A stretch of DNA of 35,137 nucleotides from Candidatus Micrarchaeota archaeon (GTDB lineage Archaea; B1Sed10-29; JAJRYS01), in the NCBI GenBank assembly GCA_964496415.1, contig CAZBZN010000004.1, positions 1 through 35,137 on the forward strand. Reading direction: 5' to 3'. This document shows positions 9,468 through 18,374 of this stretch, piece after piece. Below the pieces are notes generated by a model. It saw only the letters and a list, made by a program, of their open reading frames with translations, was not told where the DNA came from and did no database searches. The first letter of the stretch is position 1, and the number at the start of each line of letters is the position of its first letter. The position numbers and the translations under genes are program-made.

Positions 9468-11765
9468 TCACTTCAACTTATGCATTTTTCTCAAGTCTTC
9501 TTCAAAAGGCTTAAGGTCTTCAGGAACCTCGATTCCTGTTATTTCAGAGTTAAGAGATAACCCCTGGTCTTTTTTCTTCTTCCACACGCTTGAATTAAAC
9601 TCAACAAGCCTTTCAGTAAGTTCAAGGAACTCTTCTTCTCCGCCTGGTTCTGGAAGCAGTTGCCTGTGAACGCTTTCACCATACACTTCCCTGTAAACCT
9701 TGTCAGTTACGAAAGGAGCTATTGGAGCAAGAAGCTTTGTAATAGTCTTCAAACAATGATGAAGAGTAAACAACGCTGACTCATCACCTTCATATGCTCT
9801 GTGTTTTACCATTTCAAGGTAATGAGGAGCAAACAAGTTCCACACAAACTCCCTTATCCTCGTGGCAGGGATGAAAAAGTTATAATCATCATAGCCTTTC
9901 CTGCATTCTTTTATCAGTTTGTTAAGCTCGGAGATTATCCAAAAGTCAGTTGGCTTAAGCTGCTCTGGCTGTTCTTTTTCATCAAACCCTGACACGAACC
10001 TAGCGACATTCCAATACTTAGTCAGGAACTTAGAAGCTCCTGCTATTCTCTCCTCACTTATCCTAAAGTCTTCTCCTATGCTTGTTTCTGAAGCAGCCCA
10101 GAACCTGTAAGCGTCAGCGCCGTACTTGTCAAGCACTGGCTCTGGGTCCATGAAGTTTCCTTTGCTTTTACTCATTTTCTTCCCATGCTCATCCAAGCCC
10201 ATGCCATGAATCATAACATGCTTGAAAGCAGGCTTTCCAGTAAGCTGGTAGTTCCTGAGAAGAGTATAATAAAGCCATGTTCTTACTATGTCTCTTCCCT
10301 GCGGCCTCATGGCACAAGGATAAGCTTTCTTAAACAATTCCTCGTCTCTCAAGTAACCAGTAACGTACAGGTTTGAAATTGAAGAGTCCATCCAAGTGTC
10401 AAACACTCTTGTCTCCCCAATGAATTCAGTAGACCCGCACTTGCTGCACTTGCTTCCTTCAGGAGGATCTTCTTTCCAAGGCTGGTAATACTTTCCAGGC
10501 TCTGGCACGAAAGGCTCCCCGCATTTCTTACAATACCACAACGGGATCTCAGTAGCATAATACCTTCTCCTGCTAATAGGCCAGTCAATAGTAATGCTGC
10601 TTATCCAGTCAAGAAGAATCTGCTTATGTTTTTCAGGATGAAACTCTATCTCGTCAGCTATCCTTTTAACATCCTCAAGGAATTCAAGTTGCTTTAAATA
10701 ATACTCATTCATTGCTATTATTTCGACAGGAGTGCCTGACCTCTCACAATAGGGAGCTCTATGAGGCACCTGCTCTTGCTTCACTATTAATCCTTGTTGC
10801 TTGAGATCTTCTATTATTACTTTCCTCGCTTCTTTCACTGTCATGCCTTTGTACTTTCCAGCAGCATCAGTCATCCTAGCATTGATGTCAATTGCTTCTA
10901 TTGGCTTCAATTTAAGTTCTCTGAATATTTGCACGTCAGTAAGGTCTCCATAAGAACAAACCATCACAAGACCTGAACCATACTCAGGAGAAGCAGAATG
11001 ATGACCCCTTATAGGAACTTCTCTCTCATAGATTGGTATGACTGCATGCTTTCCTTCCAAGTGTTTATATCTTTCATCTTCTGGATTGAACAACACCACC
11101 TGGCAAGCACATAATAGTTCAGGACGAGTAGTAGCGATTATTATCTCTTCTCCTGTTTCTTTCACCTTGAACTTCACGTAGTTCAAGGTAGTTGTTTCTT
11201 CTTTATATTCCAACTCAGCGTCAGCTATGGTGGTCTTACATTCAGGGCACCAGTTGTTAGGTTTTTTATCTTCGTAGATAAGCCCTTTTTTCCACAGTTC
11301 TATAAAAGTAGCTTGAGTAATTTTTCTGTATTCTTCCATGTCAGTGTAATAATAGTTTTCATAGTCAGCTGAAATGCCAAGTCTTTCATAAAGTCTTCTA
11401 ATCTCTTCCCCGTACTCGTTTATGGTCTGCTCGCATAACTTCAAAAATTCTTCTCTGTCATACTCATGAGCTGACTTACCATATTTCTTTTCAACAGCTG
11501 TCTCCACTGGCAAGCCGTTACGGTCAAGGCAAAAGGGGAAGTAAACTTCTTTCCCTTTCATCCTCTCACAACGTGCGATCATGTCAATAAGAGAATACCC
11601 CGCCATCGCCCCAGGATGCCATGAACCTGAAGGGTAAACAGGAGGATTATCTATTACAAATACTTCATCTTTTGTCTTGTCAAAAGAGTAAAGCTTCTCT
11701 TTCATCCACTCATCAAACAACTGTTTCTCAATCTCACGGCTTATCCTCTTATCTTTAATTTTCAT
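9468..11765 (-). CDS. valS: Valine--tRNA ligase (archaeal type, short)
   Basis: IDNPPVYPSGSWHPGA, DRNGLPVE, IATTRPELL, GSGLVMVCSYGD, DWPISRRR, DTWMDSS, RPQGRDIVRTW, KMSKSKGN. Confidence 0.95.
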   Translation of the reverse strand: MKIKDKRISREIEKQLFDEWMKEKLYSFDKTKDEVFVIDNPPVYPSGSWHPGAMAGYSLIDMIARCERMKGKEVYFPFCLDRNGLPVETAVEKKYGKSAHEYDREEFLKLCEQTINEYGEEIRRLYERLGISADYENYYYTDMEEYRKITQATFIELWKKGLIYEDKKPNNWCPECKTTIADAELEYKEETTTLNYVKFKVKETGEEIIIATTRPELLCACQVVLFNPEDERYKHLEGKHAVIPIYEREVPIRGHHSASPEYGSGLVMVCSYGDLTDVQIFRELKLKPIEAIDINARMTDAAGKYKGMTVKEARKVIIEDLKQQGLIVKQEQVPHRAPYCERSGTPVEIIAMNEYYLKQLEFLEDVKRIADEIEFHPEKHKQILLDWISSITIDWPISRRRYYATEIPLWYCKKCGEPFVPEPGKYYQPWKEDPPEGSKCSKCGSTEFIGETRVFDTWMDSSISNLYVTGYLRDEELFKKAYPCAMRPQGRDIVRTWLYYTLLRNYQLTGKPAFKHVMIHGMGLDEHGKKMSKSKGNFMDPEPVLDKYGADAYRFWAASETSIGEDFRISEERIAGASKFLTKYWNVARFVSGFDEKEQPEQLKPTDFWIISELNKLIKECRKGYDDYNFFIPATRIREFVWNLFAPHYLEMVKHRAYEGDESALFTLHHCLKTITKLLAPIAPFVTDKVYREVYGESVHRQLLPEPGGEEEFLELTERLVEFNSSVWKKKKDQGLSLNSEITGIEVPEDLKPFEEDLRKMHKLK

Positions 11766-11856
11766 GAACCCACCTTAGAACAAGCTACTGCAAAGACTAG
11801 CAGCAGCTTCTTAAGCTACTACACGTATTAGAATAACACGGGTCATTTTTCATCCC
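11766..11856 (-). promoter_or_regulatory. Candidate attenuator leader of valS-ileS with alternative hairpins
   Basis: Segments 11813-11822 and 11782-11791 are near-identical, and both are complementary to 11800-11809; SD AAGGTGG at 11770-11776; TATA-like TTTTAAAA at ~11880-11887. Confidence 0.6.
11811..11846 (-). CDS. Putative Val/Ile leader peptide MTRVILIRVVA
   Basis: ATG ACC CGT GTT ATT CTA ATA CGT GTA GTA GCT TAA; 5 of 10 post-Met codons are Val/Ile; preceded by SD-like GGGATGA; 45 nt upstream of valS. Confidence 0.6.
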   Translation of the reverse strand: MTRVILIRVVA

Positions 11857-11956
11857 AAATTATTTTTAAATTAAGTATTTTTTAAAACTTTTACTCTTTT
11901 AAAGTTTTTAGTTTAAACCTTATTATTTTTTAAACAAGCTCAACCCATAAGAACAA

Positions 11957-12427
11957 ATGATGCGAAAACGTTCTGTTAAAAAGGAGACATGGGGTCTTTC
12001 AAGAGAAGTTGAAGGGAGTCTTGCTGATCCTTTTGTTAAAGCAAAGCAGGCTTTTAGTCTAAGAGGTAAAAGAGAGCATTTTTTAGCATCGACTAAAATG
12101 AAGATTGGTGGGAAAGAAAAGAAGGTAACAATTCTCTCAGCAAAGAAAAAAGCTTTAGTAATAGTGAAAGGACCAGAGGGAAAACTTGAGGGAATAGTAA
12201 AGATAGAAGGCGGGAACGTTTATTTGGATGGTAAAGTTCCAAAGACAATAATAAGAAAAAGCTTTGAAATTGCTGGTAGGGAATCGCAAATACAGGAGTA
12301 TGATTTAAAACGTGAAATAATTAGTGACGTTTCAAGCATTTACAGGTCAGCTGGTTTTAAGAAAATCACACTCGCAGATCTTGAAAATATTCTTGGAGTA
12401 AAAATCAAGGGAATGAGACAAAGATAA
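11957..12427 (+). CDS. Hypothetical basic protein
   Basis: 156-aa ORF filling the gap between valS and proS on the opposite strand; no family recognised. Confidence 0.65.
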   Translation: MMRKRSVKKETWGLSREVEGSLADPFVKAKQAFSLRGKREHFLASTKMKIGGKEKKVTILSAKKKALVIVKGPEGKLEGIVKIEGGNVYLDGKVPKTIIRKSFEIAGRESQIQEYDLKREIISDVSSIYRSAGFKKITLADLENILGVKIKGMRQR

Positions 12428-12431
12428 AACT

Positions 12432-13895
12432 TTAGTATTCTCTTGCCACGTAAACCACTGCTCTTGCAGGCTTCCCGCATACAATGCATTTGCCTTTTGG
12501 CTTTTCTTCTCCTCCAACGAGTGTTCCTCTTACTTTCCCGCCATTAGTTTCTATGCGTAGTTTTTCAGCGCATTCTTCTCCGTCAAAGTCTCTTGAGCAG
12601 AATTCTACTCTTACAAATCCTCCTTTTTCATCAAGGATTTTTTTCACTTCTTTCAGTGTTTTTGCTTCGTGGATGCATTTCTTAAAAGCAACATCTGCTT
12701 CTTTCCTGAGGTTAGCAAGGAACTCTTCAGGGACTCTTTTAAGGTACTCGTCAAGTTCTTCTTCTTTGACTTTTTCTTTCTTTCCAGTGTCCCTACGTGC
12801 GACTGTTATGAATCCTTTTTCAGCTTCTTTGGGGCCTATCTCGAAACGCAGGCAAGCTCCTTTAAGCTCCCAGTAATAATACTTCATCCCTGGCCTTTTA
12901 TCACTTAAGTCAAGCACGACTCTTATCTTTTTCTCCTTAAGCTTTTCGTAGAGTTGCTTGCATTTCTCGATAACTGCTTGCTTGTCAGCTTCTTTCTTAA
13001 GCACTGGCACTATGACTACTTGGTAAGGAGCAATGCTCCAAGGGAACTTCAGCCCTTTGTTGTCACCATGCATCATTATGACGCTTGCTAAAATCCTTGA
13101 GATTGCCGGGCCATAACAAGTATGCCAAACGTAGTGTTCTTTTCCGTCATCATCCACGAACTTCACGTCATAGGCTCTTGCAAAGTTCTGACCAAGAAAG
13201 TGAGTGCTTGGTTGTTGAATAACAATACCATTAGGCATTACGACGTCAGCAGCGTAAGTATGAACAGCTCCTTTGAATTTGTCCCAGTCAGGCCTCTTGA
13301 AAAACAAGAAAGGCAAAGCTAATTGTTCATGGAGTACTTTTTCAGTTATTTCCATGTCTTCAAGCACTTGTTTTTCAGCTTCTTCTCTTGTCGCAAAGGC
13401 ATTATGTGTTTCTATCCAGTAAAACTCTCTATCACGCAGTAAAGGTCTAGTGTGCTTTGTCTCATACCTCCATACTTGGCATTCTTGATAAGTCTTGAGA
13501 GGTAAGTCTCTCCATGAACGGATCCACTCGCTCATCATAGTATGCACGACTGCTTCAGAAGTAGGCCTAAGGCCTAGTTTTTCAGGAAGCTCATCATCAC
13601 CTGCTTTTTCAATCCAGAACACTTCAGGAGTGAATCCTTCAACATGCTCCATTTCCTTAGCAAATACTGAGAGAGGAATCAGTGAAGGAAACCTATGAAG
13701 TTTGTGTCCTGTCTTCTCAAGTTCTTCTTCATAAAGCCTGTATATTTCTCTTTCAGCAACAGCTGCTATTTCCCTGTGAACTAAAAGCCCTTTCACAGGA
13801 TACCTTTGATCAACTACTTCTGCTTTTTTCAAAAGTTCAAAATACCATTCACTCACATTTTTTTCCTTGTCTTTGTTGAATAACTCTTCAGCCAT
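12432..13895 (-). CDS. proS: Proline--tRNA ligase (archaeal/eukaryotic type)
   Basis: HVEGFTPEVFW, LRPTSE, WRYETKHTRPLLRDREF, HFLGQNFARAY, GDNKGL, C-terminal CIVCG...AREY; start set to ATG 13895 behind the SD GAGGAG. Confidence 0.96.
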   Translation of the reverse strand: MAEELFNKDKEKNVSEWYFELLKKAEVVDQRYPVKGLLVHREIAAVAEREIYRLYEEELEKTGHKLHRFPSLIPLSVFAKEMEHVEGFTPEVFWIEKAGDDELPEKLGLRPTSEAVVHTMMSEWIRSWRDLPLKTYQECQVWRYETKHTRPLLRDREFYWIETHNAFATREEAEKQVLEDMEITEKVLHEQLALPFLFFKRPDWDKFKGAVHTYAADVVMPNGIVIQQPSTHFLGQNFARAYDVKFVDDDGKEHYVWHTCYGPAISRILASVIMMHGDNKGLKFPWSIAPYQVVIVPVLKKEADKQAVIEKCKQLYEKLKEKKIRVVLDLSDKRPGMKYYYWELKGACLRFEIGPKEAEKGFITVARRDTGKKEKVKEEELDEYLKRVPEEFLANLRKEADVAFKKCIHEAKTLKEVKKILDEKGGFVRVEFCSRDFDGEECAEKLRIETNGGKVRGTLVGGEEKPKGKCIVCGKPARAVVYVAREY

Positions 13896-13944
13896 GCTCC
13901 TCAACCTTGTCCAACAGGTTATTTGAAACAAGAATGGTTTTTAT

Positions 13945-14502
13945 TCATTTGCTAATAAACTCTGAGTCAGGGTCATAAAACCTCCATTCTAAGTGAGTTG
14001 CTTTTTTTATCCCTATCCTCTTAGACCTCTTTACTCTTGGCTTCAACCCAACATCATAGACTTTTATTCTTTTTCCTAAATCTTCGCCGTTAAAACTCTC
14101 GTCAATGTCAAGAGCTTGGCATAATCTCCCAGGGCCAACAGCAAGCTTTTTCAAGTCCTCTGTTTTCCTGCGTTCTATCATCTTTTTAATGCCGTGAGTT
14201 GGTTTTATTGCTCTTATAAGCACTGCTCCTGGTCCTTTGTCATCACAGGTAAAGTTCAAGCAGTAATGATTACCATACACGAAGTAAACATAAACCTTGC
14301 CATAAGAGTCGTACATTATGCTTGACCTTGGAGTCTTCTTAAAAGCATGAGATGCCTCATCATCCTTGTATGCTTCTGTCTCAGTTATGATTCCCCCAAC
14401 ACCTTTAACTAACAGCAGCTTACCGATTAGTTCCTCAGCTACTTTTAAGGTGTCTTGTTTAAAAAACTCTTTTGAAATAAGCTTTTTACTGCCCCTATTC
14501 AT
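13945..14502 (-). CDS. mpg: DNA-3-methyladenine glycosylase (MPG/AAG family)
   Basis: IITETEAY, DEASHA, YVYFVYGNHYCLN, AVLIRAIKP, GPGRLCQAL, RIGI, WRF; ATG 14502 follows GAGGT. Confidence 0.95.
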   Translation of the reverse strand: MNRGSKKLISKEFFKQDTLKVAEELIGKLLLVKGVGGIITETEAYKDDEASHAFKKTPRSSIMYDSYGKVYVYFVYGNHYCLNFTCDDKGPGAVLIRAIKPTHGIKKMIERRKTEDLKKLAVGPGRLCQALDIDESFNGEDLGKRIKVYDVGLKPRVKRSKRIGIKKATHLEWRFYDPDSEFISK

Positions 14503-14538
14503 TGAATAAGACCTCAAGAACGCTTTTTTTCAGAAATA

Positions 14539-14632
14539 AAGCAATTTTAGAGGAATACTGGAAGTAAGGGGGATTTTTAGAGCTTGTTCCAGTATTCCAA
14601 GCAATTCTAAGCGAATACTGGAAGTAAGGGGG
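14539..14632. repeat. 60-bp-period direct repeat with an internal inverted copy
   Basis: GAATACTGGAAGTAAGGGGG at 14553-14572 and 14613-14632; inverted TTCCAGTATTCC at 14587-14598. Confidence 0.85.
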
Positions 14633-14674
14633 TGTTTTTGGCCTTTTTTCAACAAATAAATGGTTTGAACATGT

Positions 14675-15070
14675 TTAATCTTTTTTCACTCTTGTTATCA
14701 TGCGTTTTCCCATCACTTCTTGAATTTCTACTTCTTGTCCTGACTGAAGGCCAGCGTATTCTGGTTCTACTTCAATCTCATAAGTCTCGTAAGTTTCTAA
14801 GTCCATTAGCTGAAGCCTGTTACCACCAAGGTTAGCTATTACTTGAGCTGACTTCCTTAAAATTACAGGGACTTCACAAGTAGCATCAACGCTTTTTAAA
14901 AGAGTCTTTTTTGCTCCAGTAAACAAAGAAATGCCTTCTACTCTTGCTTTTGCAGCACCATGTTTTCCTGGTTTTGACTTTTGAATACTCACTATCTTAC
15001 AAGGTTCGCCGTCAATTACGACGTACTTCCCTTCTTTTAGATCTTTTACTTGAGCCAAGTTTGTAGTCAT
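14675..15070 (-). CDS. eif5a: Translation factor aIF5A
   Basis: Hypusine-site motif SKPGKHGAAKAR; QLMDLETYETYE; SD AGGAGG. Confidence 0.97.
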   Translation of the reverse strand: MTTNLAQVKDLKEGKYVVIDGEPCKIVSIQKSKPGKHGAAKARVEGISLFTGAKKTLLKSVDATCEVPVILRKSAQVIANLGGNRLQLMDLETYETYEIEVEPEYAGLQSGQEVEIQEVMGKRMITRVKKD

Positions 15071-16076
15071 GTTTTAACCTCCTCTTAAGATAATAAGAAG
15101 AAACAAGACCTATAAAACTAAACAACCAGTAAGATATAAACCTATCTATTAAAGTGCCTACTCCAGCAACTACTAAACTTATTCCAGAAGCACTATAAGC
15201 TCCTATCATCGTGGTTTCAATAGCTCCTAAACCACCTGGGAGAAAAGGAAGTGCTCCAGCCACTGCTGACAATACGATGGCAGTAAGTATTACATGAAGC
15301 TGGACATTAACTCCTAAAGCTAAAAACACGAAATAAATCCTAAGCACGTCAAAAGCCCAAACCAGCAAAGAATAATACACACAAACAACCCATAAATACT
15401 TATTCTTAAGAAACTTTCTTATGTTCTTAGAGTATTTTTCAGAATCTTCAATCACTTTTGCTTCAAACTCTTCATACTGTTTAAGTTTTTTTATCAGCCA
15501 TTTGAACTTGCCTAAACTCCATTTTATGAGTTTTATTCTTGTTTTACTGTTTATTGAAATAAATGTTATAATCACTGTTACTGCTAAAGCAAGCAAGACT
15601 GTAAAAACCAAAATCAAAAACAAATAGAGTGGAAGGCTTCCTGAAACCAAAACAAAAACCAGCACGCTTAAAGCTACAATAGTAAAAGTTATTGAGTCAA
15701 AAAGTCTTTCACCTACTATTGTAGCAAAACTATGTTTTGTGTTTGTTTTTCCGAACTTGTTAAGAAAATAAGCTTTTATTGGTTCTCCACCCATCCTAGA
15801 ACTTGGAGTAATATTACTAAAAGCAACTCCCGAAAGTGTTGCAAGAAGAAGCAGGTTATTTGAAACTTTTATTCCAGCAGACTTTACAACCATCCTCCAT
15901 CTTTGATTAATGCATAAAATTGAAAGCCAGTTGAAAAGAAAAGCAATGAAAAGAAAAAATAAGTTAGCTTTAGCCAAGGCGTTTAAAGTCTGTTCAAGAC
16001 CTATGAAAAAACTAATAAGAAAACTAACTATTATACCAAAGATTACTGTTAATACTATCACTTTTGAAGTTTTCAT
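15012..16076 (-). CDS. UPF0104 / lysylphosphatidylglycerol-synthase-TM (flippase-like) membrane protein
   Basis: Multi-TM; RW, NITPSSRMGGEPIKAYFL, ERLFD, LPFLPGGLGAIE, DRFISYW. Confidence 0.9.
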   Translation of the reverse strand: MKTSKVIVLTVIFGIIVSFLISFFIGLEQTLNALAKANLFFLFIAFLFNWLSILCINQRWRMVVKSAGIKVSNNLLLLATLSGVAFSNITPSSRMGGEPIKAYFLNKFGKTNTKHSFATIVGERLFDSITFTIVALSVLVFVLVSGSLPLYLFLILVFTVLLALAVTVIITFISINSKTRIKLIKWSLGKFKWLIKKLKQYEEFEAKVIEDSEKYSKNIRKFLKNKYLWVVCVYYSLLVWAFDVLRIYFVFLALGVNVQLHVILTAIVLSAVAGALPFLPGGLGAIETTMIGAYSASGISLVVAGVGTLIDRFISYWLFSFIGLVSSYYLKRRLKHDYKLGSSKRSKRREVRRN

Positions 16077-16122
16077 ACTTGTTTTTAATTACTCCTTGTT
16101 TAAAAAATAAGAGGGATTTTGA

Positions 16123-16860
16123 ATGATTGACTCGCACGCTCATCTTGATGATAAAAAATTCAAAAACCTTGACGAAATAATCCTAAAGGCAAGAAATTCT
16201 GGAGTAAAAGCAGTCATCGACCCAGCTACTTCTTTTGCTTCAAATTTTAAAATACTTCAGCTTTCTGAAAAGTATTCTGGCTTCGTTTTCCCAGCATTAG
16301 GAATTGACCCTTTAAACTCAAACATAAGCCAACAGCAACTTGAAGAAGTAAAAGAACTAATAATTGAAAAAAAACCAGTAGCAATAGGAGAAGTAGGGCT
16401 TGATTATTACTGGTTGAAGGAAAAAGAACCACAGCAGAAAGTGTTTGAGTTTTTCATAAAGCTTGCTGAAGAACTAAAGCTTCCTTTAATAGTTCATGCT
16501 AGAAAAGCTGAAAAAGAAGTAATAGATTTACTTAAAAACTCTGAAACAGCAGTGATAATGCATCATTTTTCAGGAACTCTTGAGCAAGCAGAAGCTTGCG
16601 TTTACTATGGGTTTTATGTTTCTCTTGCAACTAACTGCTGTTATTCTAACTGTGAAGCCTTAATTGAAAAAATTCCTTTAGAAAGCATGTTATTAGAAAC
16701 TGACTCCCCTTACAACCATCCTGACAGGAAAGGAATAAACGAGCCTGCAAACATAAAAAAACTCTATGACTTAGTAAGCAGGGTAAAAGAACAGGAATTT
16801 AAAGAAGTTGAAAAGGTAATTGATAAAAACGCCAAAAGAGTATTTAAGTTAGGTGATTGA
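16123..16860 (+). CDS. tatD: TatD-family metal-dependent hydrolase/DNase
   Basis: MIDSHAHLD, AIGEVGLDYYW, PLIVHAR, HHFSG, LLETDSPY, NEPAN. Confidence 0.95.
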   Translation: MIDSHAHLDDKKFKNLDEIILKARNSGVKAVIDPATSFASNFKILQLSEKYSGFVFPALGIDPLNSNISQQQLEEVKELIIEKKPVAIGEVGLDYYWLKEKEPQQKVFEFFIKLAEELKLPLIVHARKAEKEVIDLLKNSETAVIMHHFSGTLEQAEACVYYGFYVSLATNCCYSNCEALIEKIPLESMLLETDSPYNHPDRKGINEPANIKKLYDLVSRVKEQEFKEVEKVIDKNAKRVFKLGD

Positions 16861-17319
16861 ATGTTCAAACTAAGGAAATCTGAAAAGAAAAGAATTGCTT
16901 TTTTTATTGACGGGCCTAACATGCTAAGAAAAGAATTTGACCTTGACCTTGGAAAAATTAAAAAAGAATTAGAACAGTATGGGAAAATTTCAATAGCAAA
17001 AATTTTCCTGAATCAATTTGCTCCTGATAAACTAATAGAAGCAGTAGTAAACCAAGGCTTTCAGCCAGTGATAGTTACTTCAGATGACGTTGATGCGCCA
17101 ATGGCTGCTGAAGCAATGGAAGCAGTATTCAACCCGCATATTGATATAATAGCTTTAATGACAAGGGATGCTGACTTTCAATTAGTGCTTACAAAAGCAA
17201 AAAAACACGGAAAAGACACCATTGTTTTTGGAAGCGAGCCATTTGCAGCTGCTTTAAAAAACACTGCTGACAAAGTAATAATGCTTGACAAGAAGTTTAA
17301 GAAAAAGGTGACTTCATGA
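16861..17319 (+). CDS. NYN domain protein (TIGR00288-like)
   Basis: FIDGPNMLRKEF, KLIEAVVNQGF, DVDAPMAAEAM, TRDADF, ALKNTAD. Confidence 0.9.
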   Translation: MFKLRKSEKKRIAFFIDGPNMLRKEFDLDLGKIKKELEQYGKISIAKIFLNQFAPDKLIEAVVNQGFQPVIVTSDDVDAPMAAEAMEAVFNPHIDIIALMTRDADFQLVLTKAKKHGKDTIVFGSEPFAAALKNTADKVIMLDKKFKKKVTS

Positions 17320-17921
17320 AACTACCTGCAGGAAACCCTATTGAAAGAGGAAAAACACTAAAAGAACTTAATGCTGAAGAGCATTTAAAAAAACTCTCAG
17401 AAGAACAATTCACAGGCTATTTATGCGTAACAATTCATGGGAAAAAAGGAATAGAAGAAGGCATCCTCCTTTACCATAAGGGGAAAATAGTAGCTTCTTC
17501 TTATGAGTACTTTTACTATGACAGGACTTTCAAAGCTGAAGAAGCTTTAAAAAGAACTCTTAATGCTTTAAAAGCAAACTTTGGAGTAGTTGACTATTTC
17601 TCACTTTCACCTTCACAAGTTCAACTTGCCTTAACCTTAAACGACGAGTTTAACCTTGAAAAAGCTCTTGAATTTGAAGAGATAAACCTTCCAAAAGTGT
17701 TCTCACAGGAATTTGAAGAAAAAATAGCCGAAGAACAAGGGGAACTAAGCAAGGAAGAATTTTTCAAAAAACTTGGCTTGCAGAAAGCTGGGAAAAAAGC
17801 AACTTATGCTCAAATAGTTGAAAAAGCAAAAAAAGAAGCAGAACCTATTGAAATAGAAGAAAAACCTTCTGATAAAGAAGCTGAAAGGCTCAGCAAGCTT
17901 AAAAAACTATTAAAGAAATAA
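17316..17921 (+). CDS. DUF2226-like protein
   Basis: MKLPAG start, FTGYLCVT, GIEEGILLYHKGKIVA, VVDYFSLSPSQVQLA, SKEEFFKKLGL. Confidence 0.7.
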   Translation: MKLPAGNPIERGKTLKELNAEEHLKKLSEEQFTGYLCVTIHGKKGIEEGILLYHKGKIVASSYEYFYYDRTFKAEEALKRTLNALKANFGVVDYFSLSPSQVQLALTLNDEFNLEKALEFEEINLPKVFSQEFEEKIAEEQGELSKEEFFKKLGLQKAGKKATYAQIVEKAKKEAEPIEIEEKPSDKEAERLSKLKKLLKK

Positions 17922-17930
17922 AGTGATAAC

Positions 17931-18374
17931 ATGCCTTTCTTGAAAAAACTTGCTTACAAAGTACTGAATAAAAAAACAGAAGAAGAAAAATTAATGATAA
18001 AACTAAAAATATTAAAAGAACTGCTTGAACTAAAGCAAAAACAAGAAGCAGAAAATTTGACAGACCACGCCTGCAATCTTGCTGAAGAGTTTTATGTTGA
18101 TGAGATGATAGTATCTGGAAAAGATGGGAAAGTAATAGTAAGCACTTCCAAAGCTGACGGGTTTGAAAAAATGGTAAAAGCAACCTCACTGTTTGAGTTC
18201 ATAAACACAGAGTTCCCTGACACAAGAATGCTTTTAATAAAAGACAAAGATAAATACAACGTATTATACTCTGATGGAAAATACTTATATTACTTTAAAA
18301 CTAGTGGAGAAGTAAGTTCTCTTGAAACAAAAAGAATCGCTGAAAAAATAGCAGAAAAAATAAGAAGTGAGTGA
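17931..18374 (+). CDS. Hypothetical protein, possible Roadblock/longin-like C-terminal domain
   Basis: MIVSGKDGKVIVST resembles the Roadblock beta-hairpin; SD AAGTGA; within the operon. Confidence 0.5.
   Translation: MPFLKKLAYKVLNKKTEEEKLMIKLKILKELLELKQKQEAENLTDHACNLAEEFYVDEMIVSGKDGKVIVSTSKADGFEKMVKATSLFEFINTEFPDTRMLLIKDKDKYNVLYSDGKYLYYFKTSGEVSSLETKRIAEKIAEKIRSE

Noticed and set aside
11797..11853. Alternative leader frame MKNDPCYSNTCSSLRSCC from the ATG at 11853
   Set aside because: No compositional link to downstream genes, and its ATG lies within the SD-like sequence of the Val/Ile uORF; cannot be fully excluded as a leaderless start
13896..13944. Leader peptide or attenuator upstream of proS
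   Set aside because: Only one small hairpin (AACCT...AGGTT); no Pro-rich uORF; the track's 12-aa extension is likely a wrong start
14539..14632. CRISPR array interpretation of this repeat and of the repeat at 2026-2125
   Set aside because: Only two copies each, spacers partly similar or structured, no cas genes in the window
14495..14674. Minus-strand open frame after the aIF5A stop encoding two PPYFQYS motifs, tempting as a polyproline-sensing leader between aIF5A and proS
   Set aside because: No in-frame start codon ahead of the Pro-Pro motifs; the Pro-Pro codons are simply the G-strings of the DNA repeat
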